A stretch of DNA of 64,000 bases from Kudoa neothunni (taxonomy: Eukaryota > Animalia > Cnidaria), in assembly GCA_964304625.1 (NCBI GenBank), contig OZ199839.1:883616-947615 (forward strand). Reading direction: 5' to 3'. Numbering within the stretch: the first letter of the stretch is position 1; every line of letters begins with the position of its first letter. Below the pieces are notes generated by a model. It saw nothing but the letters and a program-made list of their open reading frames with translations, was not told where the DNA came from and did no database searches. Below, piece by piece: positions 37,554 through 52,589 of the stretch. The translations under genes were made by a program, and so were the position numbers.

Positions 37554-37836
37554 TCCATATGGGATTGAATTTTAATACGAAATATTCGTTTTCTAACATT
37601 TATAAAAAAAACAATTTTTAAATAAATAATTCCAAGTGTTTCCTTAATAGCTTATAAGACTTATAAGGTAGAACTGCACTTTAGAAAACGATAAAACAAT
37701 GACACAACGGAGGAGCGCAATATCCACGTACGCAATAACCGTTGGTGATTGTACATCGAAAGTTTCTATTTTCTTAATAGTTTTTAAAAGCGCTACAAAA
37801 TGGTTATTATGCACTAAAATTCAATCCCCATATGGA
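37554..37836. repeat. Inverted repeat pair, possible MITE
   Basis: TCCATATGGGATTGAATTTTA (37554-37574) versus TAAAATTCAATCCCCATATGGA (37815-37836), one indel. Confidence 0.55.
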
Positions 37837-38338
37837 TTTGTCCTATAAATATTTCGAAAAAACTATATTTATTATTTAATTTAATATTATCTCGAAACTC
37901 AAGCGTAATTTAATTAGGTTATTTTTATGAAATCGAACAAAATTAACGTTGGTATCAACAATTTTTTATTTGTATATTTATAAAAATGATTCAAGTATAA
38001 TTTATTATAAAACAATAATTAAAATATTTGTATTTGCGAAACATATTGATTTATAATTTAAAAATATATAAAAACGTATTTTTAATTTATTTAACAAGAC
38101 TACTACTGAAAAGTATTGCTAATAATGTGGAAATAATAGAATTATTATTAATATTAAATTTTTTACTTAATTTCTATATAAAAATGTATTTATTTAAGTA
38201 AAGATATGATTGAAGGTCACATATTATTGATCAAATCGATGATAAATAAAAAATACGAGATCACTTGAAATGTCGAATGGATCTGATAAGAGGAAATCAA
38301 TCATAACAAAATAATTAAAAATTATTTCCATTGTTTAA

Positions 38339-41110
38339 CTCCCTAACGGATTTTGGAGTAAAAACAAACCCAGGTTTTTTTTTCTATGAATTTAATTGAA
38401 AAATTGTCAAAATAACAACGCGAACATGTAGGAGGAAATTTGTCCCTAAACTGTGAAGAAAATTATGAATGTTTCCTTTAATTAATCCTATGTAATCTCG
38501 TTCGGTCGTGCTCGAAATAATCGGTCAAAAAAATACATCGAATCAAGTGGTATTATAACAATGCTAAACAGAATTTCAGGTTACGGGGGCCATATCAGTA
38601 TATTGTGAGTTGTCCAATGATTGCAAGTTAAAAAACTTATAATTCATCCTTATCATACGATACATATAAATAATAAAGCGGAAAAAACATAAACACAATT
38701 AAATTTACGAAATCGTTTGTTTCTAATTTACTGTCATGCTGTATTTATTTAAGGTACAAAATAGACTGAGAAATTGCTCTACTATAATTAATATGTGGTG
38801 AAACTTGCAAAACATATACCACTTAATTAATCAATACACATTAAAATTTAAATTTGGCATAGAACTCCACAAGGGCACTTTACTGACCATTAACCTAGTT
38901 TGTGTGAACCTAATATCCATAGACATCACACGTTATGTTTATCGATACCTTACGAGGAGATAATGAATTATTAATTATTACATTATTGAGAATTGATTTT
39001 CATAATAGTGATTGAAGATTATAGTGAGGTCTCGATATAACGTGGTTATCAATTTGTAGTTTCTGTTTAATTCACACTGTACAATTTATTGGCTGAAATG
39101 TTGTTATATGATTAACAGAATATATTTTCATATTTATATATATTTTCTTATGTATAATCAGTGAAAATCGAAGGTTTTGCTATAGCGTGGCTTTTTTCCA
39201 TATAATAATCCGATTAATCCGCCTTTTATACTGTCGCAGAAGTAGAAATGGTTAGGTGTCAGAGAAGCATTAAGGACAAACGAGAAAAACTATTGTATTA
39301 TATATCATTAGGATCGATTCCTAGGGTCAAAGCTTTAATAATAAAGAAATTTAACATTTCTGGTAAGCATTAATTTCTAATTATAAATAAACGTAGGCTA
39401 TTCTTCGTTGGATAGAATGTTGTCTAAGGGAAGCGAAATTGTCGATTCGAATTTTTCAGATAGTCGTATTAGAATAAAAACGGGAATTATGGTGGGCTTG
39501 AAAATCTACTATTCAATTGGATTGTTCTCCAAATAGAAAAGAAGCAAAATATTCCTGGATTCATTATTTACGAAAAGGCTTCGAAAATAGCTGAAGATCT
39601 CAAAATTTACGATTTTAATTGTAGTAAAGGTTGGTTCTCTAATTTCAAGACAAAGTATTGTTGACGAATATCAGTGCCATCCCCCAATAGATGAACAATA
39701 ATTTTAATATCCTTGATAAATATAGCGGGGAAGATATTATAAATATGGACGAAGTAGTCCTTTTCCACGAGCAATTATCTCAGCGAACGCACGCCACCAA
39801 GCACGAATCTGATATAAAAGGGGTAACAATATTGGTTATTGCTTCATGTACCGGCGAGAAATTTCCATTTTACGTGATTGGAAGATTTAAGAAGCCGCGT
39901 TGTTTAACGGGGCTAAAAATCTCCTAGTAAATTATCAGTCACAAAAAATGGTTGGATGTCCGCGGCTGTATTCTTAGAAATCCTTAAAGATTTAGACAAA
40001 AAATTCGGCCAACAAAATAGAAAAGTCCTTATAATACTTGATCAATGCCGGTCTGATCCCAATTTAACAAATCATTTTAATAACATTGAATTGTTGTTCC
40101 TCCCTAGATACACCACCAGTGCCCTCCAACCAATGGATATTGGCATCATTCCTAGCCCATAGCCTGAAGGCCAACTACCGCAAATTGTTGGTCAGAAAGT
40201 TCCTCTCTGACGAGGATACTTAAACACCCTTCAAATCTTCAAATCTTCAAATACACGATATTGAACTGCCTTGATACGTTGGTGGAAGCATAGGAAATGG
40301 TGGAGAGAAAAATTATCGAGAACAGTTTCAAAAAATTTCAGATATTTAGAAATCGTACGATTAATTAATTAATATTAATATAAAATAAAGAGGGTACCAA
40401 TGCAGATGTAGACTCCGCATCTGAAACAATAATTGTTGGTAAATATGCATTTTATGTAAATTTGTTTCAAACAAATTCCTAGACGACTTTGACGATATAA
40501 GCGAATTGGAGGATGCTGAAACCGTATATGAGGATGAGGACGCATCACATCACATCTAGTGGATAAAGATATTTTGACTGTTCCAAAATGGGATGAAGAT
40601 CTGGATTTTTATGACAACATTGATATAGTTAGATCGGATCGGCTGGATTAAAAAATGCGATAAATATTATCAGAAAGCTTTAATACGAGAGAATCCTGCT
40701 TTTTTAATCTATACTCACCCCATAATGGACGAAATATATAAAATTATTAAAAATAGGGATAAGTTTAATTAAATAGATGATTTTGTTGATAAAACTTAAT
40801 ATTTTCCGTTGCTCGCGCGCGCGGGGGTGTCAATAAATTTCCTCCAAAATATTCCAACTAGTTTTAACGATTTTTCGATTACATTTGTTTAAAAAAACTG
40901 GGGTTATTTTTATCTTAATGTCCGTTGCCCGTTAGAGAATAAATTTTTTTCCCGGACATTTATAATTATTTTCCCCTAAAAATATACGCATATGCACTAA
41001 ACAATAATTTAATGTAATTAAAAAAAATTTTGTTTTAACCATTAGCTGGATAAGATTTCATGGACCAATAAATATTCTGGGGTAAAATATACCCCAAATC
41101 CGTTAGAGGG
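38339..41110. mobile_element. piggyBac-type non-autonomous element (TTAA-flanked) carrying a pogo remnant
   Basis: TTAA-CTCCCTAACGGATTTTGGAGTA... at 38335 and ...TACCCCAAATCCGTTAGAGGG-TTAA ending 41114 are inverted. Confidence 0.7.
39022..40760 (+). mobile_element. pogo/Tigger transposase pseudogene
   Basis: Left TIR-like TA-TAGTGAGGTCTCGATATAACG; CENP-B-like FNCSKGWFSNFK; DDE_1 motifs INMDE, LIILDQC, LFLPRYTTSALQPMDIGII; frameshifts. No right TIR found. Confidence 0.8.
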
Positions 41111-41672
41111 TTAATAAAACGAATGCAATCATTATTTGTTAAAATAAATGAAGTAGACTTTAATTATAAAATTTGGCAGGCATCAAGATGTATAATGGCG
41201 CAGCTGGATAAAATCAACAAAAAATTATCATATATTTCCTTATATTTCAACCAACTAAAATTTAATATACTTATAGATTAAATAGAATTTCAAATGCTTT
41301 GTCGAAATTAGAGATTAAAACAGATTAAACTTTTCGTGATTTTATATTGGATTAAGTTTTATTAATCCCCTCGAAAAACATCAGTAAATATTGTTTGAAC
41401 GACTGGAAAAAAACAAAGTATAAATTAAAAAAATATTCTTTTGGGAATACATACAGTAAATTTTAAACAAATTTACAATAAAAATTGATCTAAGGTGGCT
41501 AATAGTGTGAATTCTTTCGCCGGGAAACGTTTTTATTTTTCTTTTTTTTGAGAACGGAGACTGCTTTCAGTAGTTTGGAGGTGATGGTTAGCCGAGAAGG
41601 TGAAGCGTTGCTATAGTTACGATCACGCGTGATATTCTCATTAATTCGAGAAACACATTTGATCAGCGCTGG

Positions 41673-44060
41673 TCACTTCAGCAGCAGCAGCATCCGGCCG
41701 AGAACACTTAAAGCAAGATTAACACCGATTGAAAAGATCGAAAAGATCCAAAATAAGGGGAATTTACCACCAATGTTGCTATGTTCTTCCTCGTAATCCG
41801 GAATTATTGGAGAGATTGGGTTCGAATGAACATCAACGAAATCATAAGAACCACGAGAGCGAGATTTCATGACATCTAGATATTGAGGGTAGTCCTCTTG
41901 TGAAAAAACCGATCTATCGTCATTGTGTGTACAAACGTGGTGTCATTGATAACAGGCATTTTGCGTAAGGACCCAGTTAGGGTATTATCACGAGATGCGC
42001 TACCTCTGTTGGCAAGGTTGGCCATCGAGACGGTACTTCTACGTCGAATATCCACCTTACATCAGCATTTACAAGTTTCTTAATCCATGGATTGGAGGAA
42101 AGTGACTCGTATTCATCGTCAACATCTGAACCATTGAAAGAGCCAGTTTTTTCGATACCGTTCTCATCTAATACCAAAAAAACAAGGCGTCACGTCATAA
42201 CAACACAGTAACAACAACAACAACAACAACAACCAACAATAAAATACACTAAGCATTATGGGGAGAGGAGTGCTTCCATTCTTCAGTCTGATCAGGTATG
42301 GTAAGAGTGAAGGAATATTATCGAAGCACACATTCTGAGTGGGCTTATCTGTTCTTATGCTTACCACCATATTAAAGCTATCGATATCACTACTATCGGC
42401 GTTGGAGGTGTTGTGTTTGGATGTTGAAGATTTGTGGTGCGAATCAAAAGAAAAGCGTCGAAAATAAGGCCAGAAAAGAGTGGTGAATTCTTCCAACAAT
42501 GAACAATGATTCCATCTGGAAGGAATAGTGAGATGGTTATAATCGTAAAATTGAGGTAGTTCCGAGGTGGACACACGATAGGTTTTATCGGTGAAATCAA
42601 CCACAGGTACCACATAATAATGTGTATTGTTTTCATAATGATATTCATCGGATTTCATCGAACAAATACTCCTCATCAGACCAATAATATTGTCACATTC
42701 TCGTTCGTTCGCTATCAATGTGAGTGGACATTCCTCTTTGCTGAGTATAGATATGACTCGTCTACCATCACCGTTGAAGTGCACATACATTCCCAACACA
42801 CTATAAAAGTCACCGACGAGCATAGTCTAAAAACAAATTGATTGAAGAACAACAATAGGTTTAAATTGATTACAAAATTGCTGGTATCTTTAGTGATGCC
42901 ATAACCAGAATGAAAATCGATATAAAAATGAAAAGCAATCCAATGTGTGAGGATTCCTGAATTCGAACACCAGGGCATTCAACCACATGCACCCGAAATC
43001 GATGAATGCCAACCAAATTGAATTGGATTGCCAATTGTAAAAAAGCTAATTGAGCATTGTGAGTGATGTGTTTGAATTCGTTAAAAACAGGACGACTAAT
43101 GGTAAAGTTAATGTCATCAAGTTTTTTTGTTTCGGCAAATATCAACTGAATAAACGGTTGTGGAAGCAGATCCGAGAAGATAGTCAACACATGCTCGTTG
43201 AGACCGGCTGCACTGATGCTTTTACAGAGAAATTTAATTCTATAATCAACATTGGCAAGAAATGACGAAGGCACCACCAGATTGCCGATACCATCCACTA
43301 CATCAAATGGCGTTATAGTTAACGCACATAATAAATGACAAAATAACAATTACACTTAAAATTTTCTAAAGTTTTGTAGGGACTTTTGTGATGAATATAT
43401 ATTTCTAGCTTGCTCAAGCATTCCACCATATGATCAGTGGCAACCACGAATCCAATCAAATGGAGCAGCGTTTTCTCATTCATTACGTCGTTTTTTACAA
43501 CATTTCCGCTCATGAGCTCATTTCGATACTATATCACATAGGATTTTTCAGTTGGAAGTACAGCTTTAAAGCTCATAGTTTACTTGAAAAAAAAGGTAAT
43601 CAAAACACAAAATCATTCAGACGAGACCCAGTTTTTGATATCATTCGGAGGATGTCTAGAAAATGAAGAAATCATTCAAAAAACAATTATTATATTTATT
43701 TTTTTACAATATGAGTATTCGACATTCGAGTGTGACGTCATTCTTTTTGTACTGAAAAATCTAAGCAAACAATAACGTAGAATAAGTCACCATATCAACA
43801 GATTTAAGTTTACCTTTGACATATGTTGATGGTGGGAAAAATAATGGATATTAGAATTGGCGGAATCCACGAGGGCCAAGCAGAATATCTCCAAATGTTT
43901 ATATTGCAATTTTCCGAGAACTCTTTCAATAACATTCTTAGAAACCGATTAGAATATACTCGAATTCCATGTGTGTATTAAAAAATACGTGGATTGTTTC
44001 GTTGTTAGCTACTTTAATTGTTTTCACCATTCCTGTTTCTAGTTTGATTCTTATCACGTT
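41673..44060 (-). CDS. Uncharacterised multi-exon protein with hydrophobic segments; 5' end uncertain
   Basis: Successive minus-strand ORFs (43319-43513, 42870-43349, 42164-42823, 41977-42177, 41673-41870) separated by short intron-like gaps; hydrophobic stretches GLLFIFISIFILVMA and C-terminal FPLFWIFSIFSIGVNLALSVL. No family recognised. Confidence 0.55.
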
Positions 44061-46300
44061 GTGGTATTTCTAATGCAAAAATTCAAAATTTTGGATATGA
44101 ATTATTAACATAAGCATAAGCGTAAAACAAGAAATCAGTTTGGCAGCCGATTTATTCGGTAAATTGTTAAAATTCTTACATAACACTCTAATTCTACCTA
44201 TTAAAATGATAATTAATGTTCTAGGGGATTCAATTTGATTTCAAGGTACAAAATATATCAGGTTTAGTGATGAAATGCGATTGCAACTCATAAAATCACT
44301 AACCTAAGGATTAAGCTAGAATTTTGGTTGAAAAATATAGCAGATTTATTAAAATTCAATAATTTATCATCAAAAAAAATTTAAAGTCGTTAAAATCGAA
44401 CATTTCCAAAGATATGAATATCCAAAAAATTAAGTATAAAAGCACACTACATTGAGTCTCAAAATATTCACAATCAATACATTAAATAATAAGGAGTTTG
44501 ATACATTTGTGAAATACTTTAGTTAATTTATATTGTTATTTTAATATAGATGAGTTAAAAATTCTATGAAATGAATTCTACACAGTTTGCATTTAATGTT
44601 CGTTCCTGTATAGGGAACAAGGTAAGAAATGTCGTCAAAAAGTAAGCATGCATGTGTTTGTTCTGGACTGTGGCAGATTCTAAAACTACGAGTCAAAAGG
44701 ATCGAAAAAAAAATATGCAGTATCTAATGAGGCTAACCTCCTCAGTGTTTTCATTATTCACTTCTTGATTCATGTGCATAAATTATTCGCTAAATAAACA
44801 TTTTTTTAGATTCTCAGGTAATAAAAATTGCCCTTTAGACATGACCCATTCATATTTCTCACAAGAATGTTTACTCAACACTTCTCAGTCTTGTGGTCAA
44901 GTTTATAAAGGTGCATTAGCATTACGAAAAAATCCATTCTACTCATGCTAGAATTCAAGATTTCAATTATATTAAAGAACTTCATTTTTATGACCTTTTA
45001 CACCTCATGATCGTAACTATCAGTTGAGTTCGCAGTGAAACCCGAGTGAACCGTTTAGGGGATTGTTAAAAGAAAAAACTTACTCGTGAGGCCAAGTTCA
45101 ATTTTGAAATGGATTATCTACTCATAAAAATAATGATCATAATCTGGCTATCTTTGGAAACTCTCACACAATAATCATATTTAGTAAACGCTTTATTTTA
45201 TATATACGATTGTAATCGCTAATATTTCAAAACGTCATTAGCCTAGTCTTGTCACAAAAGTAAATAAATTTTTTGATGAATTTTAAACGATTTCACAACA
45301 ACTTATTCAAAAAATTTAATTACAATTGAAATCGCTATTTCAACAGCTCATTATTCGTCGTAATTCAATTATCGATATCCATATGTGCATTGTAAAATAA
45401 GATTTAATTTCCTCTAATCCTTAAATTTTAAGTTATTTTGTATAGTATAATTATAATTAATGGTTATTTTCGAAGATATATTCATTTATTTATTAAAATT
45501 AATTGGAATATGAGTATATGAGTATATGAGTATGGTTCCAATATGTTTTTGTTTAAAGTTCTTACGTAAAAATCAATATTTATAAATGTTTTATGCATTT
45601 TTTATAATTAGATTAAGTGTTTTCGTATTTTTTATCAAAGTTAACACCTTTAGCGTGCCCTGTAGTAGATTATTTCTATCAATTCGGGAAATATTTTGTG
45701 GGTCAGTTTTATCAATATATGGGAGTAATATTAACTACTCAACAAATTCATTATCAATATTGAATTTGTAGACATTAAATCTGAAGTCCATAACAATAAT
45801 GATCCTAAAGCATGTAAAAAAAGGTTCAATAGTTGGAAAATTTTCCAATATGGAAAGTATTGTTTGGTGTGTCCTTTATAGATGTGAGTATGCTGTAATT
45901 GGCATGATTCTAAAAATGTTATTACAATTCGATCGTGTAAATTAATCTTAGATGTTTAATTACGCACTTATGATTTTAAACCTCGAACATTCGAGGAAAA
46001 AGTTACACGAATACCTGGAGGTAGCCACTGTGACCACATAAAAAAATGTATTTAAATAATAAAAATCAATGTATTTAAAGTTATGAACATAATTAATTAT
46101 GTTATTTTTTACATTTAAAATGAAATAAATTCGATAAAAATCAATCAATGGTGTATTTTTGTGACGTTTATTTGAGAAAATGCGAAGAACAGGAATAACT
46201 AAGCCTGTATATACTTTGAATAGCGTGAAAAATTAGAAATAAACAGTTTTATTATTGCTTCACTTCACACTTTCTTCTTTTTCATCTTCATCTTCATCCA

Positions 46301-47084
46301 TATTAATTATTATTTTTATTAATTATTATTATTATTAATTATTATTATTAATTATTATTATTATTAATTATTATTTTCATTAATTATTATTATTATTTTC
46401 ATTAATTATTATTATTATTTTTATTAATTATTATTATTATTAATTATTATTATTAATTATTATTATTATTAATTATTATTTTCATTAATTATTATTATTA
46501 TTTTCATTAATTATTATTATTATTTTCATTAATTATTATTATTATTTTCATTAATTATTATTATTAATTATTATTTTTGTTAATTATTATTATTAATTAT
46601 TATTATTATTAATTATTATTTTTGTTAATTATTATTATTAATTATTATTATTATTAATTATTATTATTATTTTCATTAATTATTATTATTAATTATTATT
46701 TTTGTTAATTATTATTTTTGTTAATTATTATTATTAATTATTATTAATTATTATTATTATTAATTATTATTAATTATTATTATTATTAATTATTATTATT
46801 ATTATTATTAATTATTTTTATTAATTAATTATTATTATTATTATTATTTTTATTAATTATTATTATTATTAATTATTATTATTAATTATTATTTTTATTA
46901 ATTATTATTATTTTTATTAATTAATTATTATTAATTAATTATTATTATTATTATTTTTATTAATTATTATTATTATTAATTATTATTATTATTTTTATTA
47001 ATTAATTAATTATTATTAATTATTATTATTATTATTAATTATTATTATTATTAATTATTATTATTTTTATTAATTAATTATTAT
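46301..47084. repeat. Compound (ATT)n/TTAA microsatellite, almost pure A/T
   Basis: About 780 bp of ATT runs punctuated by TTAA, TTTTCATTAA and TTTTTGTTAA. Confidence 0.95.
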
Positions 47085-48006
47085 AACAACAAAGGTTTTT
47101 TATCCTCAAAATCCATTATTTCGTTATGAAATCTCTTCCCTTGTTGACGGAAATAGGTTAAATACATAAATTCATACCTTATAAATTAATTAATGAATAA
47201 GAATTATATATATTTAGAAAGTCTAGGGCTTTTTAGATTTTGAATTTTTATGTTATGATAAGATAGTCTAAATTAAATTTTAATTTTAAACAACTATATT
47301 TAATTCATTATTTTTTGTTGATATGTAATTTAACCAAATTGTTATAATACACGCGAATTCGCATGCCAGATTAAATTGATTAATAGAACCAAGTCGTTAC
47401 AGAAACAAACAAATTTTTAAAAAATTCCTTGCTTCAAAATAGATTTATAAATTTCATCTAACTGCATATAATAAGTAAGCTTATTTATATACTTTAACTA
47501 CCTAAGCTTTATTATTTATATGATGGGTTTGTTAAAGTATATGTGGAACATTTTATCTTTTTTGATTTTAAGCCAAAAAAATACACATAAAACTACATTA
47601 TCTGTGTACTTTTAAAATCACTATTATACAAAAAAATACACGTTAGGAAAAAAGAAAATAAAATATTTTGTAAAAGTTATCTACACATAATAAGCGCTGA
47701 TTGACTACCTCCAAGTATTCGAGGGTTGATTTTTAATTCTATCAATTCCTATTTATAGGGTGTATAATCAGTTTATTTTTAACGTAAATTTTAATTAAAT
47801 ATCTGTGGCGGGGAATAATAAAATAACCTATAGTTAAAACTACATATAGAATATAAAATTTTTACGAACCACTACAATATCTCATCTTAATGTAGTGTAA
47901 TCGGTTGCCAAACCTCATAAAATGTGTGTGGTTTAGATATCCATTACGAATACATCGACTGAATCGATGCGAAAACAAAAAAGATAACATTTCATTAGAT
48001 TAGAAA

Positions 48007-49840
48007 TTATAGCGCCCCACTTACAGTTTCAATTGTATTGCTTTCGATTTGTTTTTTTGCGATTTCACGTTGATATTCCAAAATTACAGGTTTTTCGGCA
48101 AAGTGAACGCTTGGTTTGTTGATTTTATTAGCAACCTTTCGTATGTCGCTTAGAAAAGCAGATTTAACTCCGGAGGAAGTTCTCAACAACGAAAAACTCT
48201 AATAGAAAAGACGGTAGTTAGAATAAATTCGAATGATAGGCAACTTTTAAATGCATTACAAGTGAATCGGTACTTAGAGGCCGGAACTCTCGAATCATTT
48301 CAAGATTCATCCAACTAAGACAACTTCTAAAGGTTTCTGTGAAAATATAATTGGAATAAAGCAGAATCATACTTGAAAGCATTTGTCACCTCATCTACAC
48401 AATTGACGTTTTTATTATTGAGTGAAACGATACGATCTCCGACTTTAAATTTTTTCGCAATGGCAGAATTCTCAACTGCAGATCCATCTACACATTCACA
48501 TCCAATCTAATACAAACCATTTGAATTAAATTATAATTACTTGGATTTGTGGGGATGGGTTTAATTATTCTACATTCACAATCAAGTATTGTATTCCAGT
48601 CCAAATCTGCAATCAATTATAGTGCATCAACAACATGGACAAAACTAAGCATACTGGCCAAATGTGGATTCAATGCAACCGTGGTATTCTAGTTTTTAAG
48701 TTAAAATAATAGAAACATTTTAAAACAACAACAACAACAACAAAATTAATTAATTAATTACTATTTTACTATAGGAAAAGTTTTCTGTATTTGATTGATA
48801 ATTAGTCGATCGTCGACAGTAAACACCTCTATCCGTATCGATACAGTTGGTTGTGGTCAGTGTATTATAGCTGAAAATAAATGTAGAATTATGTGTGAAA
48901 AAAACAACACAATTTATTACTCAATAAAATATAACTCTCCATTGGAATTGATCGCGGGTTCAAATCCGTATGGTAGATTGAAACAACAATTCCAACTGTT
49001 GGGACATGGAAGTAGACGAGCAACTGTTTCAATGGATTCATTCTCAGCGCTAAAATGGAGAGTAAATAAAAATCTCCAATCATGCAGTTTACGTGGAGTA
49101 TATTTTACGACCATTCGCATTTGTCAATATATCTACACCATTCAAGGAGGAAACAACGGTCAGAGAGCTGTGGGGTGAAATTTAAATTCGACCATATGAG
49201 TTGCAACAATAATACTTATTTTTGGTGGCGTTATTATCGATATCGTCTGTAGAATCGAATATGGTTGTATCGTTGTTGAGTATATCGGTACTCGAGTTAT
49301 CCAACACAAACAAACTCAAGCCTGTATCTTGATCGATGTAATTTTTAGTGGCTGTTTTTGACATCTTGTATGTATATGGTGATATGGTAGAGTGGATATC
49401 AATAAAATACTGCGTCGATTTTATTGTTATTGTTTAGAGGAGAGTTACCGGAGGATAAAACCGATTGTGTATATTTTCCCGAACTGTTTGTGAGCGAAAT
49501 TTTTGTTTCAGCTAAAATATTGAGAATAATTTGGAAAAGTTAATAAAAACCACACATCCAACTACCTTGAACGGATCCACCCGAACCTGTCGACTCACCA
49601 CTTACGCTTGAAACAGATTTTATATATGTTTCGTCGTCGATTTTTTCAGAAAGTTCCAGTGAATCCAACTTTTCCAACTGGTATATGTCAATAGTCTCTT
49701 CCTATATGAAACACAAATAAGAATTATTGTAAGGGTGTGGTTAGAGCGACCGCGTCGATATGGCATTACATTAGATTCTTCAACTATTTTTTCAAATTTA
49801 TTTCTACTGTTGTCACTCATGCCTGGTTTATACGACAAAC
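48007..49840 (-). CDS. WW- and PDZ-domain scaffold protein (MAGI-like order); 5' extent uncertain, may continue to ~50.9-51.6 kb
   Basis: WW-like LPYGFEPAINSNGELYFI...YNTLTTT (~48850-48975); PDZ-like IAKKFKVGDRIVSLNNKNVNCVDEVTNAFK (~48373-48465); short GT-AG introns. Confidence 0.5.
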
Positions 49841-52589
49841 AATTTGGAATAGATACACGATTGTATGATCCTCGTTAGATTATTTGCGAATTAATTCGGG
49901 GATATAAAATTTGGTAGACAAACTAGCAATTATAAGCAACACTTATCATATCTAAGCTGTTTTATGAGCGTTAATCTAGTGGTTGACGTAACATATTCAT
50001 CTTTCAACTTTACATCAATCAATTTATACTATGCTAGGTTTCCACATAGAGAAGGCATGGTGGGTTGAAAAAGTAGAATTAATTTCTTAAAAATGGCAAA
50101 TATACCATTAAACGATATGATGAAATAATATATAAATAAGTGGAAGCCATTACTATCGTATGTCATCTATTATATTCTTATCCAGCGCTAACATCGCTCA
50201 ATCCGACCCTAATCCAACATTGTAATAGGATCAATGAAGTTTTTTTAATTTAACCAATTCCAATAAATCAAAGCTCTTCCATATAATCCATTAGCTACAT
50301 AATACATAAATCAATTTTAAATTGGTAAATCTAGTTTCTACCTATCTAATCACAATAATGAATTGAATAATCCTCCATTAATCTGATTGGTCGAATATTT
50401 TTAAGCAGCTTGGATGTGTTTCGCTGGTGAAGTACTTATCTATACCCAATGCTCAATTCATGCATTTAGATGAGTGAAACTATTTCCAAACACCAATTCA
50501 TATATTTCAATCAAACTGATCTGAAGTGTCGATCAATCCACAACTTAGTGCCCTCGCGAGATTTCGACTTTCTAATATGTTTTGTTATTGCTTTAGCCGT
50601 AGGGTTATTGTATCAAATTTATTTATCTATACGTGATTTTGATGACTCGACTTCACCATAATCCTCGTTGAATCAATAATAATTGTAGGTAAATATAATT
50701 ATCGTGAGAGAATTCAATTCAGTATTAGAAATTCGGAATACCATAATGTAATGGATCGGTTGTGCGTAATCTCCATGGGGTGAGGAAAATGTGCGTACTG
50801 CCTGATAATACCAACTTATTAATGTTTGCGCGCAGAATAAAGAAGCCAATGCGTCCGATCTTTGGTTGGGGTTTTCCCCAAGATCTTTGGACTTTTCTAC
50901 TAACCTTGAGTTCACGGGGGTTTTCACTTTTAAGCTAAATCTTAGGTTTTTATCTACAACAAATGTAAATTATTCAATTCTTCGAGATCAGTTTATAAAC
51001 AATAAGTTTTGGAATTAGATAAACTAAGCTTTTTTATTGTTTTAGTAATGGAGATAATTTAAATTATTCGAAATTTTAAAAAGATATCACGATCGTCGAT
51101 GACATATAGTTTCCTGATCCTTGTATAATTTTTAGTTAATACATTATTCTTATTATTCTAATGTTGTGTCTGTATTCAGATATTTCGACGTTGTCTTAAA
51201 ATTTTTCTAGTTGTTTTGAAAAACATATTTTAAAGTTATAGACGCATATTACTTTAATGTTTGGATGAAAATTCAAGCGGAGCTTAAAAAAGGGCGTTGC
51301 ATAATACGAGCTTCAAAAAAAGATTGACTGATCAAGATACTAAGGACCGCAATTCCAGCTACTGCAAATGTTGAAAGATTATTTTCATTAATGAACGCGG
51401 TACAAACTAACTCGTTAAAGATTGAGATTATAATAATATGTAAACATCTCGCAAAACAATTTATCAGAAGAAATAAAATACAGGTTTGACGTGGCATCCA
51501 ACAAATAAACTAATACTTGATGTGAGCCAATGATATTTTGAACGATTGAAAAATAGATCAACATCTTAATTGGGTGAGGGTTGTGAAGCTGATGCAGAAG
51601 ACGATTCAGTTGACGACAACAATTAGAAAATGCGCTTAAAATCAAAATTTATGTCATTAAAATAATATTATTGTGTTTTCTTTGCGACATTGGGGATTTT
51701 CGCCGACTCTTGAGGTCTTTTAGAGTTCAACCGTGGGTTTTTTACGATAATCTCATTGGACACCCTGAATGAAACCAGGTCTACCAGTGGGATTTTAGAG
51801 AGAACCCAACGTCGAGAAAAACACTAATTTAAAGTATACAAAAATGGAACCGTATTTATTAACGTTTTTAATCTTCTACTGATTTAATTATCACGTCTTC
51901 AGATATCTATCTACAGTCGGACCTGGGTAAAGCAAGGTTCCTTCGTATTGCGAGGTCTATATAAGGTTGGTATTTGTTACGTGAGATTTCTAGATGGGTA
52001 GAAAACAATTAATTATAATCTAGAAACTCATTATTATAAAATTTTAGAAATCAAGTGGAGGGATTTGAGGAATAGAGACCGAAAAAATAAATAATTTAAT
52101 TTTCATAATAACTACGTTAGTCTATATTATCGTATGAGAATTGTATGTCCATCACTGTTGGGAACGAACCTGTAAAATGTGCACAAAATTATTAATTCCG
52201 ATATTTCTTACGATGGAAAAAGAATGTCATCTGGAAAATGTATGCTGCTTCTCGCGAATAAATTTTTTTTCTTTCCAAAGAATGCCGCCTAGCTGTATAC
52301 AGTCAATGGATGTTGGAATAATACATTACTTAAAATGCCATTATCGAAGTACTCTTTGTCAGCACATTCTAATATATGAAGATAGTTGCGAATTAAAATA
52401 TACAACTATTAGATTATGTTAAAATCCTTGAAAAATCTTGGGATGAAGTTTCTTCATTAACCATCATCAATTGTTTAAATAAGTTAAAAATATTTAACTA
52501 ATTATTTTAAAAATGATAAAAATTGATACATATTTCTCATCCTGTATTTATTTTTTCCATACTTAATTTATCATTTTTATGTAATTTAA

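Noticed and set aside
44600-45130. Exon-like patches with GT/AG boundaries
   Set aside because: Could not assemble a consistent open frame or recognise a product.
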